Assembly: GCA_963728205.1 (NCBI GenBank)
Contig: CAVSIV010000002.1
Span: 96,001-160,000 of the forward strand
DNA: 64,000 nt
Direction of reading: 5' to 3'
Source: an uncultured Chloroflexia bacterium
GTDB taxonomy: Bacteria; Chloroflexota; Dehalococcoidia; UBA2979
Shown here: positions 9,430 to 18,464 of the stretch, piece after piece
Layout of the letters: each line of letters opens with the position of its first letter
How positions within the stretch are numbered: the stretch's first letter is position 1
The notes under the pieces: generated by a model
Told to the model about the DNA's origin: nothing
Database searches by the model: none
The model's input: only the letters and a program-made list of their open reading frames with translations
Program-made: the position numbers and the translations under genes

Positions 9430-10253
9430 CGGCCGAGCTGACGGGGCTGCAAGACCGCGTCGCCGTCGTGACCGGCGCCGGTCGCATGCGCAGCATCGGT
9501 CGCGAGCTGGCGAAGGCGTTCGCCGCCGCCGGCTGCGACGTCGTCGTCACCGGGACGGGCCGCTCGCCCGACCGCTACCCCGACGACGAGCAGGCGGCGG
9601 GCTGGCGCGACATCGAGTCGGTCGCCGACGAGATCCGCGCGGCCGGTCGGCGCGCGCTGCCGCTGGTGAGCGACGTCTCGGATGAGGCTGAGGTGCAGCA
9701 GCTGCTCGACCGCGTGATCGGCGAGTTCGGGCGCGTCGACTTCGTGATCAACAACGCCGCCGCGGCGCGCGGTCGCGATCGCGTGCCGATGGTCGATATG
9801 CCCATCGACGCGTGGGACCTCGTGCACCGTGTGAACGTGCGCGGCACGATGCTGATGTCGCGTGCGTTCGGCCGGCGGCTGATCGAGCAGGGCGTGGGCG
9901 GAGCGATCGTGAACATCTCGTCGGTCGCGGGGAAGCTGCTCGGGCCGAACACGGGCGCGTACGCGTCGAGCAAGGCCGCGATCCAGGCGATGACCGCGGT
10001 GATGGCGCGCGAGGTCGGCCAGTACAACGTGCGCGTGAACGCGATCTGCCCTGGGCTCATCGACAACAACCGGCTCGACGACGTCCCGCGCGACAGCGAC
10101 CGCTGGCGGCAGATGGTCGCGAACATCCCGCTGCGTCGCACGAGCGCCGGCGAGGACGTGCCGAACATGGCGGTCTTCCTCTGCAGCGAGCAGGGCGCGT
10201 GGATCACCGGCCAGTCGATCAACGTCGATGGCGGCCTGGCCGTGCAGCACTGA
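9426..10253 (+). CDS. SDR family oxidoreductase
   Basis: TGAGRMRSIG, NNAA, YASSK. ATGA overlap with the ADH gene. Confidence 0.9.
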   Translation: MTAELTGLQDRVAVVTGAGRMRSIGRELAKAFAAAGCDVVVTGTGRSPDRYPDDEQAAGWRDIESVADEIRAAGRRALPLVSDVSDEAEVQQLLDRVIGEFGRVDFVINNAAAARGRDRVPMVDMPIDAWDLVHRVNVRGTMLMSRAFGRRLIEQGVGGAIVNISSVAGKLLGPNTGAYASSKAAIQAMTAVMAREVGQYNVRVNAICPGLIDNNRLDDVPRDSDRWRQMVANIPLRRTSAGEDVPNMAVFLCSEQGAWITGQSINVDGGLAVQH

Positions 10254-10263
10254 CGCGGTTGCG

Positions 10264-10353
10264 GCGAGCGGAGGGCGTGCCGCCCTCCGACTTCGCGTGC
10301 GTAACGCTCGATTGCCCGCGAGCAGAGTCGGAGGGCGCCAAGCCCTCCGCTCG
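10264..10353. repeat. REP-like palindrome, family A (CGAGCGGAGGGC..GCCCTCCGACT), inverted pair
   Basis: Two small hairpins arranged as an inverted pair. A second copy lies at 11475-11600. Confidence 0.7.
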
Positions 10354-10363
10354 TCTTCCGCCA

Positions 10364-10560
10364 TCAGGGTTGCCCGGGCACGACCGCCACCGCTCCCGGC
10401 GGCTCCACTGACTTGCAGGCCGCGCTCGCGGCCGCGAACCCGACGCACTCGGGGTCGAACTTCCCGCTGTCGATCATGCCCGGCTGTCGGGGTCCGGGAA
10501 CGAGGGGTCGCCATCGGTCCGCGTGCAGCCGGCCCACTGCACCTCGGCGGCGAGCTTCGA
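10364..10560 (-). pseudogene. 3' remnant of a secreted or lipoprotein gene (..C.R..G.P.FPDP..G...KFDP....F.AA..AC)
   Basis: QWAGCTRTDGDPSFPDPDSR, then a frameshift near 10480, then GMIDSGKFDPECVGFAAASAACKS. No 5' part visible. Confidence 0.45.
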
Positions 10561-10629
10561 CGCGGACGGCGCCGCGCCGTGGGTGCCGACGGCCAGCTCG
10601 GCCCGCCTGGCCCGCCGCAGCCGCGGCAA

Positions 10630-10727
10630 GCACCGCGACCGTCAGCTGGCTGCGACGCAATCTCGGTGAGCCGCCGGCGATCGAAACCATCACCAACGTC
10701 GGGTACCGGCTGATGCACCCGGCTTGA
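10630..10727 (+). pseudogene. 3' remnant of an OmpR/PhoB-type response regulator
   Basis: TVSWLRRNLGEPPAIETITNVGYRL matches a winged-helix C-terminus. No receiver domain upstream. Confidence 0.55.
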
Positions 10728-10853
10728 GCCGCCGGACCGGCCGCGGTCTGCGCCGCCAGCGCAGCAGGCGATGCGGGCTCCGGTGCAGGAGGGGCGCCGG
10801 TCGACGCGCTCAGGGCCGTGGCCCGGCGCCGCTCGACGCGCGTTCGGTCGAGG

Positions 10854-11462
10854 TCAGAGCAGCCCCCGCGCGGCGAGCGCCGAGTGCAGCGCCGGCGCGC
10901 CCGTGAACCGGATGGCGTCCATCCCCAGCGCCCGCGCGGCGTTGACGTTCGCGGCGACGTCGTCGATGAACACGACCCGCGCGGGCGGCGCGTCGAGGCG
11001 CGCCAGCGCGCGCTCGAAGATCTCGCGCGACGGCTTGAGCGCGTGGAGCTCGCACGAGAACAGCAGCGGATCGAACCGCGACGCGACGCCGGGCAGCCGC
11101 GCCGCGAGCTGCTCCAGCAGCGACGGCGGGTTGTCGGTGAGCAGCGCGACCCGATGGTGGGGGCGAAGCGCGTCGACCAGCCTGAGCACTTCGGCGTCCT
11201 CCGACAGCACGCCGAGGTAGAGGTCGTCGAAGCGCGCGGCGTCCATGCGCAGCCCGAGGCGATCGCGCACGAGCGCATACCACTCGGCCGTCGTGAACAC
11301 GCCGCGGTCGAAGTCGCGCACGAGGTCCGTGGCGAAGAGGCGCGCGTGCACCTCCGCCGCGCTGAGGCCGCAGTCGGCGGCGAGTGCCGCGAGACGCGGC
11401 GCCGGGTCGAAGCGGCACACGGTGGAGCCGAGGTCGAACAGCATGACGGTCGCGTCGTCCAC
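10854..11462 (-). CDS. HAD family hydrolase
   Basis: LFDLGST (second Asp absent), LKPSREIF, FIDDVAANV. Confidence 0.85.
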   Translation of the reverse strand: MDDATVMLFDLGSTVCRFDPAPRLAALAADCGLSAAEVHARLFATDLVRDFDRGVFTTAEWYALVRDRLGLRMDAARFDDLYLGVLSEDAEVLRLVDALRPHHRVALLTDNPPSLLEQLAARLPGVASRFDPLLFSCELHALKPSREIFERALARLDAPPARVVFIDDVAANVNAARALGMDAIRFTGAPALHSALAARGLL

Positions 11463-11474
11463 CGCGCGATCCTA

Positions 11475-11600
11475 GCGAGCGGAGGGCATGTCGCCCCTCC
11501 GACTCGGTCACCCGAACGACCGGCGATGCGCGCGCGAGTCTACGCGCGAGGCGACCGGATGCTGCTCGCGAAGTCGGCACGCGACACGCCCTCCGCTCGC
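11475..11600. repeat. REP-like palindrome, family A, second copy
   Basis: GCGAGCGGAGGGC..CCCTCCGACT ... AGTCGG..GCCCTCCGCTCGC. Confidence 0.65.
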
Positions 11601-11656
11601 CGCCGACGAGGCGGGCGTACCATGCGGCGCGCACCACCAGCACCGGAGGAGAGCCC

Positions 11657-12592
11657 ATGACCGACCTGCCGACCCGCACGCTCGGACGCACCGGCGTCGA
11701 GGTCACCGCGCTCGGCTACGGCGCGATGGAGCTACGCGGCGCCCCGCGCGGCCGCGAGATCGCGCCCGAGCAGGCCGAACGTGTCCTCAACGCCGTGCTC
11801 GACGGCGGCATCACCTTCGTCGACACCTCGCCCGACTACGGCGACAGCGAAGAGTTGATCGGCCGCTTCGTCTCGCACCGCCGCGACGAGTACTTCCTCG
11901 CCACGAAGTGCGGCTGCCTCGTCGCCGTCGAGCCGACGCCCGACGGGCCGCGTCATGTCTACACGCGCGAGAACATCCGCGCCGCGGTCGAGCAGAGCCT
12001 GCGGCGCATGAAGACGGACCGGCTCGACCTCGTCCAGTTCCACGGCAGCCCGTCGAAGGAGCAGCTCGAGGAGCACGGCGGGCTGCAGGCGCTGCTCGAC
12101 ATGCAACGCGAGGGCAAGGTGCGGTTCATCGGCTCGTCGTCGACGATCCCGAACCTCGCGGACCACATCGCGATGGGCGTGTTCGACGAGTTCCAGATCC
12201 CGTACTCGGCGCTGCAGCGCGAGCACGAGGCGCTGATCGCGCAGGCCGCGGCAGCCGGTGCCGGCACGGTGATCCGCGGCGGCGTCGCGCGCGGCGCGCC
12301 GTCCGAGGACAAGGCGTGGCGCGCCGGCCCGATCGGCGCGCAGGGCCCGGCGCCGCAGGACGTGTGGCAGAGCGCGCAGCTCGACGAGATCCTCACGGAG
12401 GGCATGAGCCGCATGGAGTTCACGCTGCGGTTCACCCTGTCGCACCCGCAGCTGAGCACGACCATCGTCGGGACCGCGAACCCGGACCACCTGCAGCAGA
12501 ACCTCGACGCCGCGGCGAAGGGCCCGCTGCCGGCGGACCTGTACGACGAGGCGAAGCGCCGCCTCGACGCGGCCGGCGCGCGGCCGGCGTAG
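11657..12592 (+). CDS. Aldo/keto reductase
   Basis: LGRTGVEVTALGYG, DTSPDYGDSE, LATKCG, SLRRMKTDRLDLVQFH. Confidence 0.92.
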   Translation: MTDLPTRTLGRTGVEVTALGYGAMELRGAPRGREIAPEQAERVLNAVLDGGITFVDTSPDYGDSEELIGRFVSHRRDEYFLATKCGCLVAVEPTPDGPRHVYTRENIRAAVEQSLRRMKTDRLDLVQFHGSPSKEQLEEHGGLQALLDMQREGKVRFIGSSSTIPNLADHIAMGVFDEFQIPYSALQREHEALIAQAAAAGAGTVIRGGVARGAPSEDKAWRAGPIGAQGPAPQDVWQSAQLDEILTEGMSRMEFTLRFTLSHPQLSTTIVGTANPDHLQQNLDAAAKGPLPADLYDEAKRRLDAAGARPA

Positions 12593-12654
12593 CACCGCAG
12601 GCCAGTTCACGCAGCCAGCCGCCGCGGCATGCCGGCGGCTCGCAGGGGGGCGAC

Positions 12655-12981
12655 ATGATCTACGAGCTCCGCATCTACACCGCGCACCCCGGCAAGCTTG
12701 GTGCGCTGATCGCGCGGTTCCGCGACCACACCACCGCGCTCTTCGAGCGGCACGGCATCAAGAACGTCGGCTACTGGACGAACTCGGTCGGGGGCCGCAG
12801 CGACGAACTCTGGTACATGCTGGCGTTCGAGGACATGGGCCATCGCCAGCGCGCGTGGGCCGAGTTCGGAGCCGACCCGGACTGGCAGCGCGTGCGCGCC
12901 GAGTCCGAGCGCGACGGGCCGCTCGTTCACCACATCGAGAACCGGCTGATGGCGCCGACGGACTTCTCGCCGCTGAAGTAA
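12655..12981 (+). CDS. NIPSNAP family protein
   Basis: MIYELRIY...LFERHGIKNVGYW...DPDWQ...PTDFSPLK. Confidence 0.9.
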   Translation: MIYELRIYTAHPGKLGALIARFRDHTTALFERHGIKNVGYWTNSVGGRSDELWYMLAFEDMGHRQRAWAEFGADPDWQRVRAESERDGPLVHHIENRLMAPTDFSPLK

Positions 12982-13041
12982 CGGCCAGCGGAGGGCGCGA
13001 AGAACACGGCATGTCGGGCATCCAGACAGAGGAGGACGCGC

Positions 13042-13437
13042 ATGTTCAGCGGGGTCGATCACGTCGTGATCGCGGTCGAGGATCTCGACCAGGGGATCGC
13101 GAAGTACGAGGCGATCTTCGGCCAGAAGGTGAGCCGCACCGGCGAGCCGCCGGGTGCGGGCTTCAAGAACGCGTATTTCGACTTCGAGCACTCGCAGATC
13201 GAGCTCGTCGCGCCCACGAACGAGACGGGCCCCATCGGCCGCCGCATCGCCGGCTCCGGCGAGGGCGTGCACCTCGTCGCCATGCGCGTCGACGACCTCG
13301 ACGCCACGGTGGCCGACCTGCGCTCGCGCGGGGTGCGGCTGATCGGCGACCCGGGCGAGGGCAACCCCGTGAAGGGGCAGGTCTTCGTGCACCCGTCGGC
13401 CGCGGGAGGGGTGCTGCTGCAGCTCGTCGGTCGCTGA
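13042..13437 (+). CDS. VOC family protein (methylmalonyl-CoA epimerase-like)
   Basis: DHVVIAVEDL, IELVAP, GEGVHLVAMRVDD, FVHPSAAGGVLLQLV. Confidence 0.85.
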   Translation: MFSGVDHVVIAVEDLDQGIAKYEAIFGQKVSRTGEPPGAGFKNAYFDFEHSQIELVAPTNETGPIGRRIAGSGEGVHLVAMRVDDLDATVADLRSRGVRLIGDPGEGNPVKGQVFVHPSAAGGVLLQLVGR

Positions 13438-13536
13438 CGGCCGCCTCGGCATGCCTCCGGGTCCCTTCATCCCGACGCTACACTCGGGGCGGCGGGCTCG
13501 CGCCCGGCGCGCCCGCGGCTCGAGAGGAGCAGGCTC

Positions 13537-13740
13537 ATGGTCAGCTGGCTCACCAACCTCTTCGGCGGCGGCAGCGCCGTCGACCCGGTCTGCGGGATGA
13601 AGGTGAACAAGAAGGAACCGCCCGGCGGCAGCGCGGAGTACCAGGGCACGACGTATTACTTCTGCGGTCCGGGCTGCAAGGCCGAGTTCCAGGAGGATCC
13701 GCAGGGCTACCTTTCCGGGCAGAAGAAGATGGAGATGTAG
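13537..13740 (+). CDS. YHS domain protein
   Basis: DPVCGM...YQGTTYYFCGPGCKAEF..DP. Confidence 0.85.
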   Translation: MVSWLTNLFGGGSAVDPVCGMKVNKKEPPGGSAEYQGTTYYFCGPGCKAEFQEDPQGYLSGQKKMEM

Positions 13741-13775
13741 CCGATCGAATCACGCATCCGCGAACAGGAGCCGCC

Positions 13776-14366
13776 GTGGCGACGTACGACGCACGCACCG
13801 CGCTGATCGTCGTCGACGTGCAGAACGACTTCGCGGACGCCGACGGCAGCCTCTACGTCCGGGGCGGCGAGCAGATCATCGTCGGCGTGAACGACGAGAC
13901 GTCGCGCGCCGCGGCCGCCGGGGCGACCGTCGTGTTCACGCAGGACTGGCACCCGCAGTCCACGCCGCACTTCCAGAAGGACGGCGGCGTCTGGCCGGCG
14001 CACTGCGTGCACGACACGCGGGGCGCGGAGCTCCACCCGGCGCTTCGCGTCCCGGCCGGCGCCGAACGCGTGAAGAAGGGCGTCGGCGGCGAGGACGGCT
14101 ACTCCGCGTTCACCGTCCGCGACCCCGTGACCGGCGCCGAGTCCGCCACGGAGCTCCGGGCGCGGCTCCACGCACGCGGCGTCGTACACGTCGTGGTCTG
14201 CGGGCTCGCGGCCGACGTCTGCGTGAAGGAGACCGCGCTCGACGCGCTGAGCCTCGGATTCCGGACCAGCGTGCTGAGCGACCTCACGCGCGGCGTCGAC
14301 CTGCGGCCCGGTGACACCGAGCGCGCCTTCCAGCAGCTGGTCGAGGCGCGGGTGACGGTCGAGTGA
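13776..14366 (+). CDS. pncA: Nicotinamidase/pyrazinamidase
   Basis: VDVQNDF, QDWHP, WPAHCV, K..YSAF, GLAADVCV. Overlaps pncB. Confidence 0.88.
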   Translation: MATYDARTALIVVDVQNDFADADGSLYVRGGEQIIVGVNDETSRAAAAGATVVFTQDWHPQSTPHFQKDGGVWPAHCVHDTRGAELHPALRVPAGAERVKKGVGGEDGYSAFTVRDPVTGAESATELRARLHARGVVHVVVCGLAADVCVKETALDALSLGFRTSVLSDLTRGVDLRPGDTERAFQQLVEARVTVE

Positions 14367-15757
14367 CCGGCGACCACAGCGGGTCGGGCGCCGACGGCCT
14401 GGAGCCCGCGCTCTTCACCGACCTCTACGAGCTGACGATGCTCCGCGCCTACCGCGCGGAGGGTATGCGCGAGCGTGCGGTGTTCTCGCTGTTCGTGCGC
14501 GCCCACCCGCGTCGCAACTTCCTCGTCGCCGCCGGGCTCGACGACGTGCTCGCGTACCTCGAGTCTCTCCGCTTCGGCCCAGCCGCGCTCGACTACCTCC
14601 GCACGCTCCCGGAGTTCCCCGCCGACTTCGTCGACTCGCTCGCGACCTTCCGCTTCACCGGCGACGTGTGGGCCGTGCCCGAGGGCACGCCGGTATTCGC
14701 CAACGAGCCCTTGCTCGAGGTCGAGGCCCCGATCGACGAGGCGCAGCTCGTCGAGACCTACCTGCTCAACCAGGTGTCGCTGCAGACGATGATCGCGTCG
14801 AAGGGCGTGCGGTCCGTGCTCGCCGCCGGCGGCAAGCCGGTGATCGACTTCGGCACGCGGCGAACCCACGGCATCGACGCGGCGCTCAAAGCGGCACGCG
14901 CGCTGTCGATCGTGGGCGTGCGCGCGACGTCGAACGTCGAGGGCGGCCGGCGCTACGGCCTGCCTGTCACCGGGACGATGGCGCACAGCTACATCCAGGC
15001 GCACGAGGACGAGCGCGCGGCGTTCCGGGCGTTCGTGCGCGCGTACCCCGACACGACTCTGCTCGTGGACACGTACGACACCGAGGAGGGCGTGCGGCGC
15101 GTCGTGCAGCTCGCGCGCGCGGTGCGCGCCGCCGGTGAGGACTTCCGCGTCCGCGCCGTGCGGCTCGACTCCGGTGACCTCGGCGTGCTGGCGCGGAGCG
15201 CGCGGGCGATCCTCGACGCCGGCGGGCTCGCGGACGTCGACATCGTGGTCAGCGGCGGGCTCGACGAGGACAAGATCGCGGCGCTGGAGGCGGGCGGCGC
15301 GCCAATCGCGTCGTACGCCGTGGGGACGACCATCAACACCTCCGCCGACGCGCCGACGCTCGACTCCGTCTACAAGCTCGTTGCCTACGGCGGCGAGGGC
15401 CGCGTGAAGCTCTCCGAGTCGAAGGAGACGCTGCCCGGCCGCAAGCAGGTGTTCCGGCGGTTCGACGGCGGCGAGGCGGCCGGCGACGTGATCGCTTGTG
15501 CGGACGAGACGCTCGACGGCGAGCCGCTGCTGCGGCCGGTGATGCGCGACGGCCGTGTGCTGCCGGGCGCGCGGCCGCCGCTCGACGCGATCCGCGAGCA
15601 CGCGGCGGCAGCGGTCGCGCGCCTGCCGGCGCGGCTGCGCGCGCTCGCGCCGGCGGAGCCGCCCTACCCGGTCGCGCTCAGCGACGCGCTGCAGGCGGAG
15701 AACGCGGCCGTGCGGGCGCGGCTGCGCGAGATGGTGCGCGCGGCCGACGCGCGGTGA
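14363..15757 (+). CDS. pncB: Nicotinate phosphoribosyltransferase
   Basis: LFTDLYELTM, DFGTRRTHG, GTMAHS, LLVDTYD, VRLDSGDL, VYKLV. Confidence 0.93.
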   Translation: MTGDHSGSGADGLEPALFTDLYELTMLRAYRAEGMRERAVFSLFVRAHPRRNFLVAAGLDDVLAYLESLRFGPAALDYLRTLPEFPADFVDSLATFRFTGDVWAVPEGTPVFANEPLLEVEAPIDEAQLVETYLLNQVSLQTMIASKGVRSVLAAGGKPVIDFGTRRTHGIDAALKAARALSIVGVRATSNVEGGRRYGLPVTGTMAHSYIQAHEDERAAFRAFVRAYPDTTLLVDTYDTEEGVRRVVQLARAVRAAGEDFRVRAVRLDSGDLGVLARSARAILDAGGLADVDIVVSGGLDEDKIAALEAGGAPIASYAVGTTINTSADAPTLDSVYKLVAYGGEGRVKLSESKETLPGRKQVFRRFDGGEAAGDVIACADETLDGEPLLRPVMRDGRVLPGARPPLDAIREHAAAAVARLPARLRALAPAEPPYPVALSDALQAENAAVRARLREMVRAADAR

Positions 15758-15785
15758 CGCATGTCGGGCGGCTCGCTCTGTCCGC

Positions 15786-15811
15786 CCTTCGACTTCGCTC
15801 AGGACGAACGG
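15786..15811. repeat. REP-like element, family C (TTCGACT.CGCTCA..ACGAACGG), single arm
   Basis: CCTTCGACTTCGCTCAGGACGAACGG, similar to the arms at 16390-16463. Confidence 0.55.
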
Positions 15812-15824
15812 GACCGGCGGAAGA

Positions 15825-16370
15825 CTACAGCCAGCGCATCACCCGGCGGGCCGCCTCGTGGTCGCGTCGGCTCTTCTCGTCCCAGCGCTGAAGGAACGAC
15901 GCCGGGAGCGCGCCGCGCGCCTCGGCCCAGGTCAGCGGCTCGAGGGCGGACAATCGCTCGCGCGATCGCACGCCGACGAGGTACCCCGTCGCATCGCCCC
16001 AGTCGAACGCGTCGATCACCTCGCCCGCGAGCCAGCCCGTGCCGCCGGGGAAGTACGGGTCGCCTGCCTCGCTCAGCCGGTGCTCGAGGCCCGCGAGCTT
16101 GTCCCCGTCACGACCGCTGCGCAGGCCGAGCGGGTCGAGCAGCGCGGCTTGGTCGCGCGCGAGCAGCGTGACCGCGACCGTCCCGCTGGCCGCCACGAGA
16201 TCGTGCGTGAGATTCTCCTTCCACAGCCCGACCAGCAGCCGCGGCCGCTCCGGCACGATCGACGCGCCGAAGACCGAGACGCAGATCTGCGCGTTCGGCT
16301 GCTCCCCGTGCGAGCCGACCGCGCACAGCGGCGACCAGAAGTACGAGAGCGGGTCGCGGGGTGTGGTCAT
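15825..16370 (-). CDS. Flavin reductase-like protein
   Basis: PLCAVGS..NAQI, NLTHDLV, LGLRSGRDGDKLAG, DWGDAT. Confidence 0.8.
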   Translation of the reverse strand: MTTPRDPLSYFWSPLCAVGSHGEQPNAQICVSVFGASIVPERPRLLVGLWKENLTHDLVAASGTVAVTLLARDQAALLDPLGLRSGRDGDKLAGLEHRLSEAGDPYFPGGTGWLAGEVIDAFDWGDATGYLVGVRSRERLSALEPLTWAEARGALPASFLQRWDEKSRRDHEAARRVMRWL

Positions 16371-18405
16371 CTACTCGGGATTCGGGCTGGTGGTGCGACT
16401 GCGCTCACCACGAGCGGTGCCGGGGTGCTTTCTTGCCGTTCGTGGTGAGCGCAGTCGAACCACGAGCTTCCGTCCGAAGTAGTCGAGGATCACGTTGAAC
16501 CGGTCCACCCGGTGGCTCGGCCGTCCGCCGCGCGAGAGCTCGTGGTTCTCGTCGGGGAAGCGCACGAATTCCACGTCGCGGCGGAGCTTGCGCAGCGGGA
16601 CGAAGAGCGCCTCCGCCTGCGACACCGGGCAGCGCAGGTCGTCCTCGGAGTGCAGGATCAGCAGCGGCGTGCGCATCTCGCGCACGTACGTCGACGGCGA
16701 CTGGCGGAAGAGCGCCTCGCGGTCGTCGAAGGTCGTCGCGCGCTCGCCGAGGTAGCGCTGCGCGAACGTCGCGCCGATGTCGCTCGTGCCCTGGAAGACG
16801 TACCAGTCGTTGACCGCGCGCTCGCTGCAGGCGGCGGCGAAGCGCTGCGTGTGCCCGACGATCCACGACGTCATGAACCCGCCGTACGACCCGCCGAGCA
16901 CGCCCAGCCGGCGCGCGTCGGCCCACGGCATGCGGCGGAGCGCCGCCTCGAAGGCGGCGATCACGTCGTGGTAGTCCGGCCCGCCCATGTCGCCCACGAT
17001 CGCGCGGGCGAACGCGGTGTCCTGGCCGGACCCGCCGCGCGGGTTGCAGAAGACGACGCCGTAGCCGGCGCCCGCGTAGACCTGGAACTCGTCGAAGAAG
17101 GCGTGGCCGTACTGCCCGAACGGCCCGCCATGCACGCTCAGCAGCACGGGGTAACGACGGCCGGCGCGGAAGCCGTGCGGCTTCACGATCCAGGTGTCGA
17201 TCTCGACGCCGGGCGCCGAGCGCACGACGAAGTGCTGCGCGCGCTGCGTGCCGACCTCGCGACGCCAGTCGCGGTTGAGGTGTGCGAGGCGCGTGAGGAC
17301 GCCGGTCCGCAGGTCGAGCCGGTGCACCTCCGGCGGCTCCGTGACGGAGTCGAGCACCACCGCCGCGGTGCGGCCGTCGGCCGCGACCGAAAGCGCGCCG
17401 GCGGTGTGGCGCCCGGCGCCGACCCAGCGGGTCGGCTTCCCCGGCTCCGCGATCAGCGGCGACTCCGCGCCGCGGTCGCTCGCGGTCGCGAGGAGGCGGC
17501 GGCCGTCGAGCCAGAACGGCCCGCGCTCGGCGTTCGTCTGGCGGTCGAACGCGGCGTCGACCGGCGTCGCGCGCCCGCTGGCGACGGTCACGACGCGCAG
17601 CGTCGCGTTCCCGGGCTGCTCCGCGGCGAACGTCTGCGCGATGCGCCGCCCGTCGGGCGACCACGACGGCGCGCCGCCGGCGCCCGTCGCGTCCGCGAGC
17701 AGCCGCGCCCGCCCGCCCGCCGCCGGCACGAGCCAGAGCTGGTTGTTGCCGTCCTCCTCGCGCGAGCGGTGGCGCGCCGAGAGGAACGCGATCGTGCGGC
17801 CGTTCGGCGACCATGCCGGCGCGGTGTCGTCCCAGTCGCCGTTGGTCAGGCGCTGCACGCCGCCGGTCGCGACGTCGACGACGTGGATGTGGCGCCGGCG
17901 GTCGTAGGTGAACCCCTCGCCGTTGAGGCGGTACTTCACGGTGTCGATGCGGCGGTAGGGGCGGGCCGGCTGCGGGCGGTCGCTGCCGGGCGGGGGCGGA
18001 TTCTGGCGGCGGCTCGCCCGTGCGGCCGGCGAAGGCGATGCGCGTGCCGTCGGGCGACCACGCCGGCGCCGCCGCGCCGAGCGGCTGCCGGGTGAGCCGA
18101 CGCGGCTCGCCGCCGTCGGCCGCCATCACGTGGATCTGCGCGCGGCCTTCGCCCTCGCGACGCTGGAACGCGAGCCACCGGCCGTCCGGCGACCAGCGCG
18201 GTGTGACGTCGTGCGCGCCCGTCGTGAACGCGCGCGGCGGCGCGCCGCCGTCCGCGGGGACGACCCAGATCGACGACCGCACCTCGTCGCGCTCGCGGTC
18301 GAGCCGCGTCACGACGAACGCCACGCGCGTGCCGTCCGGCGAGATGTCGCAGTCCGCGACCCAGTCGATCGCGTAGAGGTCGTCGGGCGTCATCGCACGC
18401 GCCAT
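16371..18405 (-). CDS. S9 family peptidase with beta-propeller; one frameshift near 18000
   Basis: N-terminal part MARAMTPDDLY...WSPDG repeats (start 18405) changes frame near 18000 to ...PYRRIDTVKY...HGGP, GGSYGG, DLRCP, ENHELS. Confidence 0.85.
16390..16463. repeat. REP-like inverted pair, family C, inside the 3' end of the peptidase CDS
   Basis: GTGGTGCGACTGCGCTCACCACGAGCGG / CCGTTCGTGGTGAGCGCAGTCGAACCAC, 28-bp arms with 2 mismatches. Confidence 0.75.
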
Positions 18406-18464
18406 GGGCTCATTCCCTTCGTCGTCCTCGTCGTCCTCGTCGTCCTCGTCAGGCGGCGCCGTGG

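Noticed and set aside
18419-18450. 9-bp tandem repeat (GACGAGGAC x3 on the minus strand) that could encode DEDDEDDEDDE before the S9 peptidase
   Set aside because: No start codon lies between it and the upstream stop. It is a short intergenic microsatellite, not a CRISPR array or peptide gene.
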